The translations under genes were made by a program, and so were the position numbers. 64,000 bases of DNA from a virus. The notes under the pieces are model-generated. The model was given only the letters and a program-made list of their open reading frames with translations, was not told the origin of the DNA and made no database searches. The stretch is from positions 1 to 64,000 of IMG/VR virus record IMGVR_UViG_3300045988_076196, one strand, 5' to 3'. The stretch's first letter is position 1; each line of letters begins with the position of its first letter. Positions 27,382 to 35,691 of this stretch are shown one piece after another.

Positions 27382-27474
27382 TGGTACTGGCGCTCGGACT
27401 CGAACCGAGATTTTGCGGCAATCGACCACTAAACTGTGTATAGGACAGCTGGCTTACCATTAACCGACACCAGC
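27382..27474 (-). tRNA. class II tRNA with the non-canonical anticodon loop CCUAUAC
   Basis: acceptor GCUGGUG/CGCCAGU (2 G.U pairs), A73, encoded CCA; D arm GGUU-AAUGGUA-AGCC; T arm CUCGG-UUCGAGU-CCGAG; about 23-nt variable arm; C at position 33. Confidence 0.6.
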
Positions 27475-27573
27475 ATATTTGAGCCTTTTACCGTCATGCT
27501 CAGGACTATATTTTCAGGAGGTTCACAATGAAGAACTGTAATTGAGATTGCCCAATCTCTCAACCACATCTGT

Positions 27574-27602
27574 ATTATACCATAAGGAATACTGTTTGTC
27601 AA
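27574..27602 (-). promoter_or_regulatory. sigma70-type promoter (about 100-nt leader, then tRNA)
   Basis: TTGACA 27602..27597, 17 nt, TATAAT 27579..27574. Confidence 0.7.
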
Positions 27603-27793
27603 GCTAATTTTTCAAATTTTTCTCGCCATTCGTTGCGCCAGATGTTGATTGCATCTAAATCCCCAGATCGCTCATATTCATAGCAACAAGCTCCTAAACT
27701 TTGATGCATATAATACTTTGCGTCAGTTTTGTCGTTACATAGTGATGCCGTCTCATATGTACTTTCTATGAACTTGACCAATTTCTTATCCAT
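27599..27793 (-). CDS. hypothetical protein (64 aa)
   Basis: GAAAGGA RBS before ATG 27793. Confidence 0.5.
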   Translation of the reverse strand: MDKKLVKFIESTYETASLCNDKTDAKYYMHQSLGACCYEYERSGDLDAINIWRNEWREKFEKLA

Positions 27794-27824
27794 AATATCT
27801 ACCATCCTTTCATTTGGTAATTAT

Positions 27825-27853
27825 ATTATACCACATAATTAGTCGTTTGTCAA
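27825..27853 (-). promoter_or_regulatory. sigma70-type promoter
   Basis: TTGACA 27853..27848, 17 nt, TATAAT 27830..27825. Confidence 0.7.
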
Positions 27854-28005
27854 GAACAAATTTTATTCATTTCAATAAATTTTTCACAAGCCCAGCCGTT
27901 GAGAACTGGTACTTCATCACAGCTATATCCCCATAGTCCAGTTTCTCGGTCATAGCAATCTACATGGCAAAGATAATCTCCAATTTTGAAATAAGTATTT
28001 AACAT
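27850..28005 (-). CDS. hypothetical Cys-containing protein (51 aa, below ORF-track cutoff)
   Basis: GGAGATAATGATT-ATG at 28005; the stop overlaps the next -35 hexamer. Confidence 0.5.
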   Translation of the reverse strand: MLNTYFKIGDYLCHVDCYDRETGLWGYSCDEVPVLNGWACEKFIEMNKICS

Positions 28006-28035
28006 AATCATTATCTCCATTCATTTGATAATTGG

Positions 28036-28064
28036 ATTATATCATATAGAATTTGATTTGTCAA
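28036..28064 (-). promoter_or_regulatory. sigma70-type promoter
   Basis: TTGACA 28064..28059, 17 nt, TATAAT 28041..28036. Confidence 0.7.
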
Positions 28065-28084
28065 GCATTATTTAGCAAAATGGT

Positions 28085-28125
28085 AAAAAAAACAAAGCAA
28101 TCCCAATTCAATGATTAGAATTGCA
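28085..28125 (-). terminator. candidate terminator after gene 28145..28720
   Basis: CAATTC/GAATTG hairpin followed by a T8 run on the minus strand. Confidence 0.45.
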
Positions 28126-28144
28126 CCTAGAATATCTCCAACAC

Positions 28145-28720
28145 TCATTTGAACAATTCCTCCATTTTTCTAACATGATATTTCCTATCTTTCAAATCAT
28201 CGACCCTACTTCTAACTAATTCCCAATTTGAATTAGCAAAGCCGCTTTTCATAATACTAGCTATAATCTGATTATCTTTATATTTGCGCCGTTCAAGCCG
28301 TAAATCATGTAGCAGCTTATATATTTTATATCCATCTCGCGCATTATAGGAATTGAACTCAATAGCATGAAGCACGTCTTGGATTTTATTCTCTACCTCT
28401 TGCAACTTATATTCAACCCATGTTGCCCTTGCTACAAGCTGGTCATGCAGGTCGCAGAATGCACTAATTTGCTCCAATGTCGAATCATAATTTACCAAAT
28501 CTGAATTATTAAACCGTTCGATTTCGACGGATTTAGATGGTGCATCAATCTGTTGCACAAAATAGCCAAGATTGCGCATTTGCTTTGGTAGATTAGCAAG
28601 CGCATTATCAGCTTTGGTTTTATCGTTGAATTGAAATGATTCATTTAATTCTGGTGTTGGAATCCATTGTCCTATAGCATTGTGCATCAGATAATATTTA
28701 TTGTTGTAGAGTGCATACAT
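28145..28720 (-). CDS. hypothetical protein (191 aa)
   Basis: ATG 28720 lies just after the upstream stop at 28723; the longer ORF-track form overlaps 28723..28953. Confidence 0.55.
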   Translation of the reverse strand: MYALYNNKYYLMHNAIGQWIPTPELNESFQFNDKTKADNALANLPKQMRNLGYFVQQIDAPSKSVEIERFNNSDLVNYDSTLEQISAFCDLHDQLVARATWVEYKLQEVENKIQDVLHAIEFNSYNARDGYKIYKLLHDLRLERRKYKDNQIIASIMKSGFANSNWELVRSRVDDLKDRKYHVRKMEELFK

Positions 28721-28722
28721 AA

Positions 28723-28953
28723 CTATCGTTTCTTTCTTTTCAATTTGCGGCGTTCGGCTCGATTTGGTGGATATGAAACGCCATTCGGACACAGATAATC
28801 CTTCAACGCTAAAGTGAAATCATAAAAGGATGTATCATATGATAAATTTAATTTGTCACACCATTTGTTCCACCATTCATCGAATCCTATAGTCCATGTA
28901 GCTATTTCGTCATTGCCGAACGATTCCAAATATTCAAAAATTCTATCATTCAT
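28723..28953 (-). CDS. hypothetical protein (76 aa)
   Basis: operon strand. Confidence 0.55.
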   Translation of the reverse strand: MNDRIFEYLESFGNDEIATWTIGFDEWWNKWCDKLNLSYDTSFYDFTLALKDYLCPNGVSYPPNRAERRKLKRKKR

Positions 28954-29122
28954 TTAGCGCCTCATCCAATCCAATAAAATATGGACAATCTTTTGTATCT
29001 TTACAAACGTGCTTATCTTCACCGACTTGGCATACCCAACTATGAAATTCTATATCCCCTTCAAGCCCACAGTTGCGACATTCATGAGAATATTCGGGCA
29101 TTTTATCTACTATAATTTTCAT
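28946..29122 (-). CDS. Cys-rich protein (58 aa, below ORF-track cutoff)
   Basis: ATGA overlap with the stop of 29119..29436; CRNCG...C..G...HVC...C. Confidence 0.5.
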   Translation of the reverse strand: MKIIVDKMPEYSHECRNCGLEGDIEFHSWVCQVGEDKHVCKDTKDCPYFIGLDEALNE

Positions 29123-29436
29123 CTGTATTTCTTTCCTTCTTCAATCAGTTTGGAAATTTCATCCGCACATCTTAACACACGTTGTTTCCACATAAACTCA
29201 TCCATATCCTGCTTTCTAAAAAAGTCGTATTTGCCAATAGAATCGAACAATAACATAATATCCTGTTCGTCAATATCCAAACATATTGATCTATTAAATC
29301 CGTCAAATTCAATTCCGATTCGATATGTCTTATCAATCATCGCATCAGTTGGATACATACAATATGTAATTCTTCCAGTTCGATTGTTTAACTTAACATA
29401 ATCTCCAGCATTAAATTGATATTTATTTGTATTCAT
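29119..29436 (-). CDS. hypothetical protein (105 aa)
   Basis: GGAAAGGA RBS. Confidence 0.6.
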   Translation of the reverse strand: MNTNKYQFNAGDYVKLNNRTGRITYCMYPTDAMIDKTYRIGIEFDGFNRSICLDIDEQDIMLLFDSIGKYDFFRKQDMDEFMWKQRVLRCADEISKLIEEGKKYR

Positions 29437-29478
29437 CTTTAATCCTTTCCAATATACACAACATCATATTCAATATTG

Positions 29479-29751
29479 TCAATCGTGTGATTCAATCCTA
29501 TATATTCCTTTCTCACATTTAGAATACCAGAATGTCAATTCGCCAATTTTTGAGCCTTCTTTAAGAAATCCAAATCCACCAATCACCCAATTAAAATTAA
29601 CTGCGCTAACCACATCCATTACAATTTTGATTTTGTTTGTGAAGCATTCTAGCATATCTGGTTCTGGATTACAATCTTCGAGATAATCAGCAGATGTCCA
29701 TGTATCAATATTACTATGAGTATGCAAAAAGAAATATTGAGGTACATTCAT
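29479..29751 (-). CDS. hypothetical protein (90 aa; start doubtful)
   Basis: no RBS before ATG 29751; the frame stays open about 50 codons upstream. Confidence 0.45.
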   Translation of the reverse strand: MNVPQYFFLHTHSNIDTWTSADYLEDCNPEPDMLECFTNKIKIVMDVVSAVNFNWVIGGFGFLKEGSKIGELTFWYSKCEKGIYRIESHD

Positions 29752-29864
29752 TCTAGGCGTAGAATCAACTAAGAATCTACCAATCTCAATGTCATATTCA
29801 TCATATACATATCCTACGCCAGAAATAGCAATAGGAACACCAGATGAAACAGAATTTTCAATAC

Positions 29865-30269
29865 TTATAGACCGACACCTTCTTTCAGATTCCTCAAAAG
29901 AATGCCCACCATTGTTTCTTTATCCTTATTAGAACAAGTGTTAAACTGAATTACCATACTCCACAATATAGGTTTCTTTGTTCTCCAACTATTCTTTTTA
30001 GAATAAATAATAATAAACCAATGAGGAATACAATTATCCTTTTTAATAGTAAATCCGTGCCAATTTGTTTCTTTAATATTATATGCCATATCAAATAATA
30101 GTTGCCCCAATATCTCACTACAATACACAATCGGTTTTACCGCATCACAGTACGCCTGAATGAACTGCAATTCGTCGTAAATATGTTCTGAATCAACAAA
30201 CGGTTTAGCTCCCCACACCTCATAACGATTAACTATTTCATTTATTCTCATCATCAGCACCCTCATCAA
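29865..30269 (-). CDS. hypothetical protein (134 aa)
   Basis: operon strand. Confidence 0.5.
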   Translation of the reverse strand: MMRVLMMRINEIVNRYEVWGAKPFVDSEHIYDELQFIQAYCDAVKPIVYCSEILGQLLFDMAYNIKETNWHGFTIKKDNCIPHWFIIIYSKKNSWRTKKPILWSMVIQFNTCSNKDKETMVGILLRNLKEGVGL

Positions 30270-30681
30270 TCAAGTAATCACACAAATAACATTCAGATTT
30301 TCTACTTGTGAAATATACAATCTCTGCCATTTTGCTTTCTGTATCTCCGACATCGAATATAGTAAATTTCCCATGCTTATTTGTAAACACATCTGCAATT
30401 TTATAATCTTCACCAGAAAATCTATACCACACAATATAATTCCCATCCAACTCTGCGACAGGCTCTGATGTTTCACAAATACCAGATGGTGAAATTTTTA
30501 CAATTTCTTTATTCTTCGTTACACTAACATTATTTTCAATAACACATCCAAGTGACTGTACGAGATAATCTAAATTGATTAGAGGATGTTTAATCCGTAC
30601 TACTTCTGCTTTGCCATCATAGATGTGTATAACATCTTTTTCGTTGTCATAAACCATATATGGTTCTTTTAGTTTAATCAT
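30238..30681 (-). CDS. hypothetical protein (147 aa)
   Basis: AAGGAGAA RBS; downstream of promoter 30715..30743. Confidence 0.6.
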   Translation of the reverse strand: MIKLKEPYMVYDNEKDVIHIYDGKAEVVRIKHPLINLDYLVQSLGCVIENNVSVTKNKEIVKISPSGICETSEPVAELDGNYIVWYRFSGEDYKIADVFTNKHGKFTIFDVGDTESKMAEIVYFTSRKSECYLCDYLIDEGADDENK

Positions 30682-30704
30682 AATCTATATTCTCCTTTTC
30701 GATT

Positions 30705-31385
30705 TCACGGTTCAATTATACCATACTCATTTACCTTTGTCAAGAGAATATTTGTCCATTCTGCATTTTCATCTTTTGCAAGATAAAAGAAGCGATGACC
30801 TCCAATTTCCATTTCAAATTCCTGAGCTTCATGCCATTCACTTGTACACCATCTTGGCGCATAGAAAAACAGAATTGGCTTTTCAGTCACAAATTGTCCC
30901 ATATCAAAAATATCATGCACAGCGTCCATGATCTCAATATACATTTTTCTATCCTGCTTATCCAAATCCGGATTCCAACCAGCGTACTGGTAGACCTCTT
31001 TTACTTCACGAGCCGTCAAGCCATCCTTTACCATTGCATCAAAATAGCACTGAGCAACAGCCAGTTTACCTTCATATGGCTCATAAGCACATTCACCGCC
31101 TACTACAGATTCAATAAACCAACGATCATCCTCTGTCAGTTTGACAGGTGATTCATAATATTCAATTTCAGATTCTTGCTCTACAATCTGCGGCTCGACG
31201 TAGATATATTGTGGCTCAACAGATTCAAATTTTGATTTCTCAATCGGCTCGGTCTTAATTGTATATTGTACAGATTGCACGTTATTGCTCGATTCGAATG
31301 GACTCAAGATAATCCCCACACATCCAGCCAATCCAAATAAGGCAAGTCCAATTCCTGCAATGGCATATCTAGTTGTGCGCTTCAT
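30705..31385 (-). CDS. SleB/CwlJ-like cell-wall hydrolase with an N-terminal membrane anchor
   Basis: TM AIAGIGLALFGLAGCVGIIL; GGECAYEPYEGKLAVAQC hydrolase_2-type motif. Confidence 0.65.
   Translation of the reverse strand: MKRTTRYAIAGIGLALFGLAGCVGIILSPFESSNNVQSVQYTIKTEPIEKSKFESVEPQYIYVEPQIVEQESEIEYYESPVKLTEDDRWFIESVVGGECAYEPYEGKLAVAQCYFDAMVKDGLTAREVKEVYQYAGWNPDLDKQDRKMYIEIMDAVHDIFDMGQFVTEKPILFFYAPRWCTSEWHEAQEFEMEIGGHRFFYLAKDENAEWTNILLTKVNEYGIIEP
30715..30743 (-). promoter_or_regulatory. sigma70-type promoter (in the 3' end of the upstream gene)
   Basis: TTGACA 30743..30738, 17 nt, TATAAT 30720..30715. Confidence 0.6.
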
Positions 31386-31403
31386 TTTAATTTACCTCCT
31401 TTT

Positions 31404-31973
31404 CTAATTTTGATTTTTATATGTAAATTCACCAAAATATTTTTCTTCAGCTTCTTTTCTAGCTTTTATGGCGTCTTCTTTTGCTTTATATACCCCAAGA
31501 TATATCAACTTCTCATTACAATATATGTCCGCTTTCCAATTTCCACAAGGAGTTTCACGCACTCCAGTATATCCACTTTTATTTCTTTTGTCTAATTTTC
31601 TATTCTTCATATTGTCGGCATGTTTGACAATTCTTAAATTGCATTTTCTATTGTCCCACTTATCTCCATTAATATGATCCACTTCTAATTTTGAATCCTC
31701 AACGCCCATGATTATTCTATAAGCATTATACATTTTCGATTTTCCATTTTCTTTTCTTGTGCATCCAGCATATCCTTCGTGTCTTCTACACCATGTATAT
31801 TCCTTTATCTTGTCATAATCCTCTAAATCAAAAATGAATTTTCCACCATTATTAAAATAGCAAATTCCATATTCTCCAGTTAAATCATAAATGTTTGTTT
31901 TTAATTGTAAAGCTCGATTATGTTCATCTCTATAGCATCCGCAAGATGTTGTTTTTCCAGACCTTTCTCCTTT
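31404..31973 (-). pseudogene. HNH + AP2-type homing endonuclease, 5'-truncated (no start for the conserved N-terminal part)
   Basis: frame open from TGA 31976..31974; reads ...SGKTTSCGCY..., EVDHINGDKWDNRKCNL, SGYTGVRE...GVYKAKEDA; first ATG only at 31733. Confidence 0.55.
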
Positions 31974-31996
31974 TCAATTTTATACTTTATACTTTA

Positions 31997-32025
31997 ATTA
32001 TATCATACATTTATATAATTGTCAA
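31997..32025 (-). promoter_or_regulatory. sigma70-type promoter
   Basis: TTGACA 32025..32020, 17 nt, TATAAT 32002..31997, followed by an AAGGAGAAAGG RBS. Confidence 0.65.
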
Positions 32026-32289
32026 CATCAAATTTGAATTTTGGATAAGAATTTTTGAAATATATTTTAATTCTTAAAAAATGAGTTTTGATTTTTCAAA
32101 TGATATTTACAATCTCACAAATCAATTTTCATTTTCCAACTCATGCATATATAGATATTTATATACATACACATATACAATAATAATAATCATTATCATT
32201 TTCATATCCATTTGTACATACATATATCAGTCAATCAATGCATTAACACATCCATCTGCATATACATTTACATATTCATATGCAGATAT

Positions 32290-32322
32290 ATCTACATCAT
32301 CATGCACATAAATGATGTAGAT
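32290..32322. repeat. 11-bp inverted repeat (hairpin) in the AT-rich ORF-free region
   Basis: ATCTACATCAT (32290..32300) / ATGATGTAGAT (32312..32322). Confidence 0.7.
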
Positions 32323-32346
32323 GCCAGTACACATGATATAGATAGA

Positions 32347-32387
32347 TATATTTATAGATAATACGCGCCTTTATGTCTATAAATATA
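32347..32387. repeat. 12-bp inverted repeat
   Basis: TATATTTATAGA (32347..32358) / TCTATAAATATA (32376..32387). Confidence 0.7.
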
Positions 32388-33121
32388 AACATTGCTTTCA
32401 TGCACATATCACGATTTATATTAGCATCAAAGCCAACATCATTCACATTTTTCATATGAATATTCGCTCACATATCACATTTTTCGTGGGAGATTCGTGT
32501 ACATTCACACATTTTTCCATCGTAAAATAATGTGTGATTGTTAGTTGGCGGCTTGGCTATATGATATAAGGCGCGCAATCTGTGAGCGCAGATTTCACCA
32601 TAGCCATATCACGCCACCTGTGCCGATTTGAGCCAAGTTTATATCCACCTTAAGCAAGATATGCCAACAGCCGATTCAAACCGCCACGAGCCAGCAAAGC
32701 CGCCATATCCGTTTGTGCCGCGCGACCCTATTATATATATGCACATATTTGCCCGGGAAAATGATGATACTGTAATCCGCACACGCACACATGAGAAAAT
32801 CAAGCTCGATTTTTTTCGCGCCAAGTCAGTATATGTACTGTATATTGCTGGGAAAAATATAAAAATTGTAAGGTGCGATTGTGCTTATGCCCGCTCGACA
32901 CATCGATTTTTCACTTCATTTGAGCAAAGCATGGTGGGAAAATGTGGTAGTTAAAGCTGTCTAACCGTATCTGTAAAAAATGGAAATGGCCTGAAAAGTT
33001 AGAATTTGTGCAGATTGCACAATGTAAGCCCGTTTCGGTTGTGCATATTATATAATGTCAGTCTAGCAGCCCTGACGGCTTTATGCGGCGCAAACTATAC
33101 CGGGGATATAGGAACATAGGA

Positions 33122-33157
33122 AAGTAAAAAGCCCGTAGCGGTCAAACTACAGGCTTT
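33122..33157 (-). terminator. rho-independent terminator ending the GC-rich island operon
   Basis: minus strand AAAGCC-GUAG...CUAC-GGCUUU followed by UUUUAC. Confidence 0.65.
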
Positions 33158-33173
33158 AGGGTTGCTATTCGGT

Positions 33174-33485
33174 TCATGGCAGCAAATCATATCTATCATA
33201 TCGAGCCGACACAATCACATCATCATGCACGTCCTGAGTTCCCATATCGCAGAAAATACAAGTGATATCGTCCCCGGTCTCATAGTCTCCCGCGTCTGTA
33301 TCAAACGCATAGACCATACCACCCGAAGTCTGAATGGAAACGCGCTCCGTGTCTTGGTCTACTGTTTCAATCGCAATACAACGGCTTGCGTCTGCATAGA
33401 TTCCATATTTTAGGATATTAACATTCTTTTCTTTAGTGGAAAACAGTGCAGAAATTAACATTGCAATAGTGATAATGGCTTTCAT
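33174..33485 (-). CDS. secreted/membrane small protein (103 aa)
   Basis: signal-like MKAIITIAMLISALFS; GGAAGGAG RBS; GC-rich codons. Confidence 0.6.
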   Translation of the reverse strand: MKAIITIAMLISALFSTKEKNVNILKYGIYADASRCIAIETVDQDTERVSIQTSGGMVYAFDTDAGDYETGDDITCIFCDMGTQDVHDDVIVSARYDRYDLLP

Positions 33486-33592
33486 TTTATGTTACTCCTT
33501 CCATTTCTCAGCTGCTCAGCGCCTTTCTACGGGCTTTTCAGCGCGTCCGGCTATGTTTACTTGTCTTTTTTGTTTGCGGCGTGGCGGGCTTG

Positions 33593-33907
33593 CTATGCCG
33601 TCTCACCCGGCCAGAGTTCGCCTTTTACGTCATGCCATGAAATAAACACGTCGTTTATATCTTCCGTCCTAAAATAACGCGCGGGCGTTGTCTCCGTGCC
33701 GTCCGGCATGATAACAGATTTATTGCTATACTTCCCCCAGCTATCCGCCATTGCTTCGCGTTCCGTTTTATATACACGGTTCACAATAATAGATTTGTGA
33801 TATATATATGTCAAATTGTCCGACATCACGCGCGGCGTTCCGTGTTTTTCTTCGTCATATGCGCAAATATAGCGCCGCCCGTTCTCATACTTTCCATAAA
33901 ATAACAT
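33593..33907 (-). CDS. hypothetical protein (104 aa), GC-rich island
   Basis: AAGGAGG RBS. Confidence 0.6.
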   Translation of the reverse strand: MLFYGKYENGRRYICAYDEEKHGTPRVMSDNLTYIYHKSIIVNRVYKTEREAMADSWGKYSNKSVIMPDGTETTPARYFRTEDINDVFISWHDVKGELWPGETA

Positions 33908-33922
33908 TGTAAAATCCTCCTT

Positions 33923-34153
33923 TTATTTATAATTTTTTACAATAAAATCCATTGCTTCTTCTTCTTCTTCAGCGTCAAATGTCTTTACCTTATTTTTCCA
34001 GTTTTTACAAGTGTATGGATTTCCCGCCCATGCGACATAATAAGTTTGTTTAACACCTCTGCAATGCTTTTCCAAGATCCCGATATAACCGCCTTTTGCA
34101 TGAATATAATACGTATCAAAATAAGAGTTTCCTTGTCTATAAATCTTTTCCAT
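33923..34153 (-). CDS. hypothetical protein (76 aa), GC-rich island
   Basis: AGGGAGG RBS. Confidence 0.6.
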   Translation of the reverse strand: MEKIYRQGNSYFDTYYIHAKGGYIGILEKHCRGVKQTYYVAWAGNPYTCKNWKNKVKTFDAEEEEEAMDFIVKNYK

Positions 34154-34169
34154 GGTAAAATCCTCCCTT

Positions 34170-34379
34170 TCAAATTTTACAATTTTTAACAGATTGAACC
34201 CGGCTTGCCACCTTGTAAAAAAGTGGTAGAATCTCGACGGGTGCAGGCTTGTTTTTTGACGCTGGCAATAATTTACAAATTTTCAGATAGTCGCTATCAC
34301 TGTCAATATGGTAGTTTATGGAATCTGCCACTTTCTGAAGTTGGTAAAGTTTGGAATCCCAATATTTTACAGTGTGCAT
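34170..34379 (-). CDS. hypothetical protein (69 aa), GC-rich island
   Basis: GGGAGGG RBS before ATG 34379. Confidence 0.5.
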   Translation of the reverse strand: MHTVKYWDSKLYQLQKVADSINYHIDSDSDYLKICKLLPASKNKPAPVEILPLFYKVASRVQSVKNCKI

Positions 34380-34409
34380 TCCATGCCCTCCCACGTCAAT
34401 TTACTATCA

Positions 34410-34601
34410 TTATTTTCCACCCATGCGAAAGCCACGGGGAGCGCTCCGTTTGTAAATTTCTGGAGCATGCCAGCCCTGCCAGTTGTCCCAATATTCCATA
34501 TTTTTCCGAGCAAGGCGTTTTGCTCCGGTCAGTGTCGGAGTAAATCCATAACAATATGACGCATACTGGCCGCCAATAATTGCAAAATTATTCTTTTTCA
34601 T
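34410..34601 (-). CDS. hypothetical protein (63 aa), GC-rich island
   Basis: GGGAGG RBS. Confidence 0.55.
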   Translation of the reverse strand: MKKNNFAIIGGQYASYCYGFTPTLTGAKRLARKNMEYWDNWQGWHAPEIYKRSAPRGFRMGGK

Positions 34602-34617
34602 AATTTTTACCTCCCAT

Positions 34618-34737
34618 TCAATTTACAATTTTTTCTATCAGATACGGAATCCAAAACAAGCTAGAAATTGCTACCAGACCGCCTAAAAACTGGAACGCCC
34701 AATATATAGGATTCAAACGGCGATTTTTCTTTTTCAT
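34618..34737 (-). CDS. 39-aa membrane peptide (below ORF-track cutoff)
   Basis: MKKKNRRLNPIYWAFQFLGGLVAISSLFWIPYLIEKIVN; AAAGGGG RBS. Confidence 0.45.
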   Translation of the reverse strand: MKKKNRRLNPIYWAFQFLGGLVAISSLFWIPYLIEKIVN

Positions 34738-34752
34738 AGTTTGCGCCCCTTT

Positions 34753-34932
34753 TCAATATGCAATTTCATTCGCTGAAATGATACGAACATACGCTTTTCC
34801 AGCGCTTGCATCTGCAAATATTTTAGCAAGTTGGCAGGCCGTTTCATAGTCGCAATCTAGCCACTGTTCGCCCATATCCCCGCGCCCCGTTTCTTTTTCG
34901 TTTACCCACGTCAACAAATAAGTAACTTTCAT
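34753..34932 (-). CDS. hypothetical protein (59 aa, below ORF-track cutoff)
   Basis: AAGAGG RBS; ATG 34932, open to TGA at 34753. Confidence 0.5.
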   Translation of the reverse strand: MKVTYLLTWVNEKETGRGDMGEQWLDCDYETACQLAKIFADASAGKAYVRIISANEIAY

Positions 34933-35016
34933 AATTGTAAACCTCTTTTCATGTTTTTTTTGTTCATGGAATAGGGCTTTTTTAGCGGAAACCCTTTGGA
35001 AACCGCGCGGAAATGT

Positions 35017-35355
35017 TCAGCGTTCCATTTCCATATATTCTGCAATAATACTTTCAAGTTCGTCGCAGGCGTCCCAGTCAAGCGGATATTCTTCCCGGTC
35101 TCCGCCCCATGCGCAAACTACCGCGTGAAGTTCCGTATCAACATAGCAAGTCGGGCCGCCAAGCGTGACATATAGCCGAATGGCTTTAATCGTTTTTGTA
35201 CTGGTTAAAACAACCTCAAAATCAAGCGCGTCTGCTACATAGTCGTATAGACTCATTTTTTCTCTATCATCATTTTCTTCTTCCGTCGTGCCGTTGTAAA
35301 TGGCTTCAATCTCTTCTGCTACGCACTGCGCGTATTCTCTGCATTCTTTTTTCAT
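35017..35355 (-). CDS. acidic hypothetical protein (112 aa)
   Basis: TAGGAGGA RBS; own promoter at 35398..35426. Confidence 0.6.
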   Translation of the reverse strand: MKKECREYAQCVAEEIEAIYNGTTEEENDDREKMSLYDYVADALDFEVVLTSTKTIKAIRLYVTLGGPTCYVDTELHAVVCAWGGDREEYPLDWDACDELESIIAEYMEMER

Positions 35356-35397
35356 TTTTTATTCCTCCTAAAAAATGTTTTTTTTGTTTGTGTCTTA

Positions 35398-35426
35398 AGT
35401 ATAACCGATATTTTTTATAATGTCAA
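35398..35426 (-). promoter_or_regulatory. sigma70-type promoter
   Basis: TTGACA 35426..35421, 17 nt, TATACT 35403..35398. Confidence 0.6.
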
Positions 35427-35662
35427 TCGGCATATTACACAAATTTTAATTTGTTGTTTTGTTTATTTTTTTATAGCTCGGCGGGATTGCTCCCGCCTTG
35501 CTAGTTACTGTCTATCAATCCATTCTCTCGCGGCTTTCTCCGTTTCCGCCTTGATCACGATTTTGCCGCTTGCGTCCCGGATATAATAGACGTTTTCGGA
35601 TTCTTGGATCAAAAATCCTTTGTACTGTTCTTCCGTGGTGTTCACCTCCCTTGCATGGTTAT

Positions 35663-35691
35663 ATGATAACGCAGAGTCCCGGAAAAGTCAA
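35663..35691 (-). promoter_or_regulatory. weaker promoter candidate at the island's right edge
   Basis: TTGACT 35691..35686, 17 nt, TATCAT 35668..35663. Confidence 0.35.

Noticed and set aside
32081-32954. ORF-track entries 32081..32311 (+), 32628..32954 (+) and 32639..32824 (-)
   Set aside because: They have no RBS. The first lies in CATA low-complexity DNA and gives I/Y/T-rich nonsense. The others have no neighbours on the same strand and lack protein-like composition.
35505-35645. A 46-aa GTG-initiated ORF at the right edge of the GC-rich island
   Set aside because: The only SD (AAGGGAGG) abuts the GTG with zero spacing, and there is no alternative start. It may be real, but the sequence does not support it.
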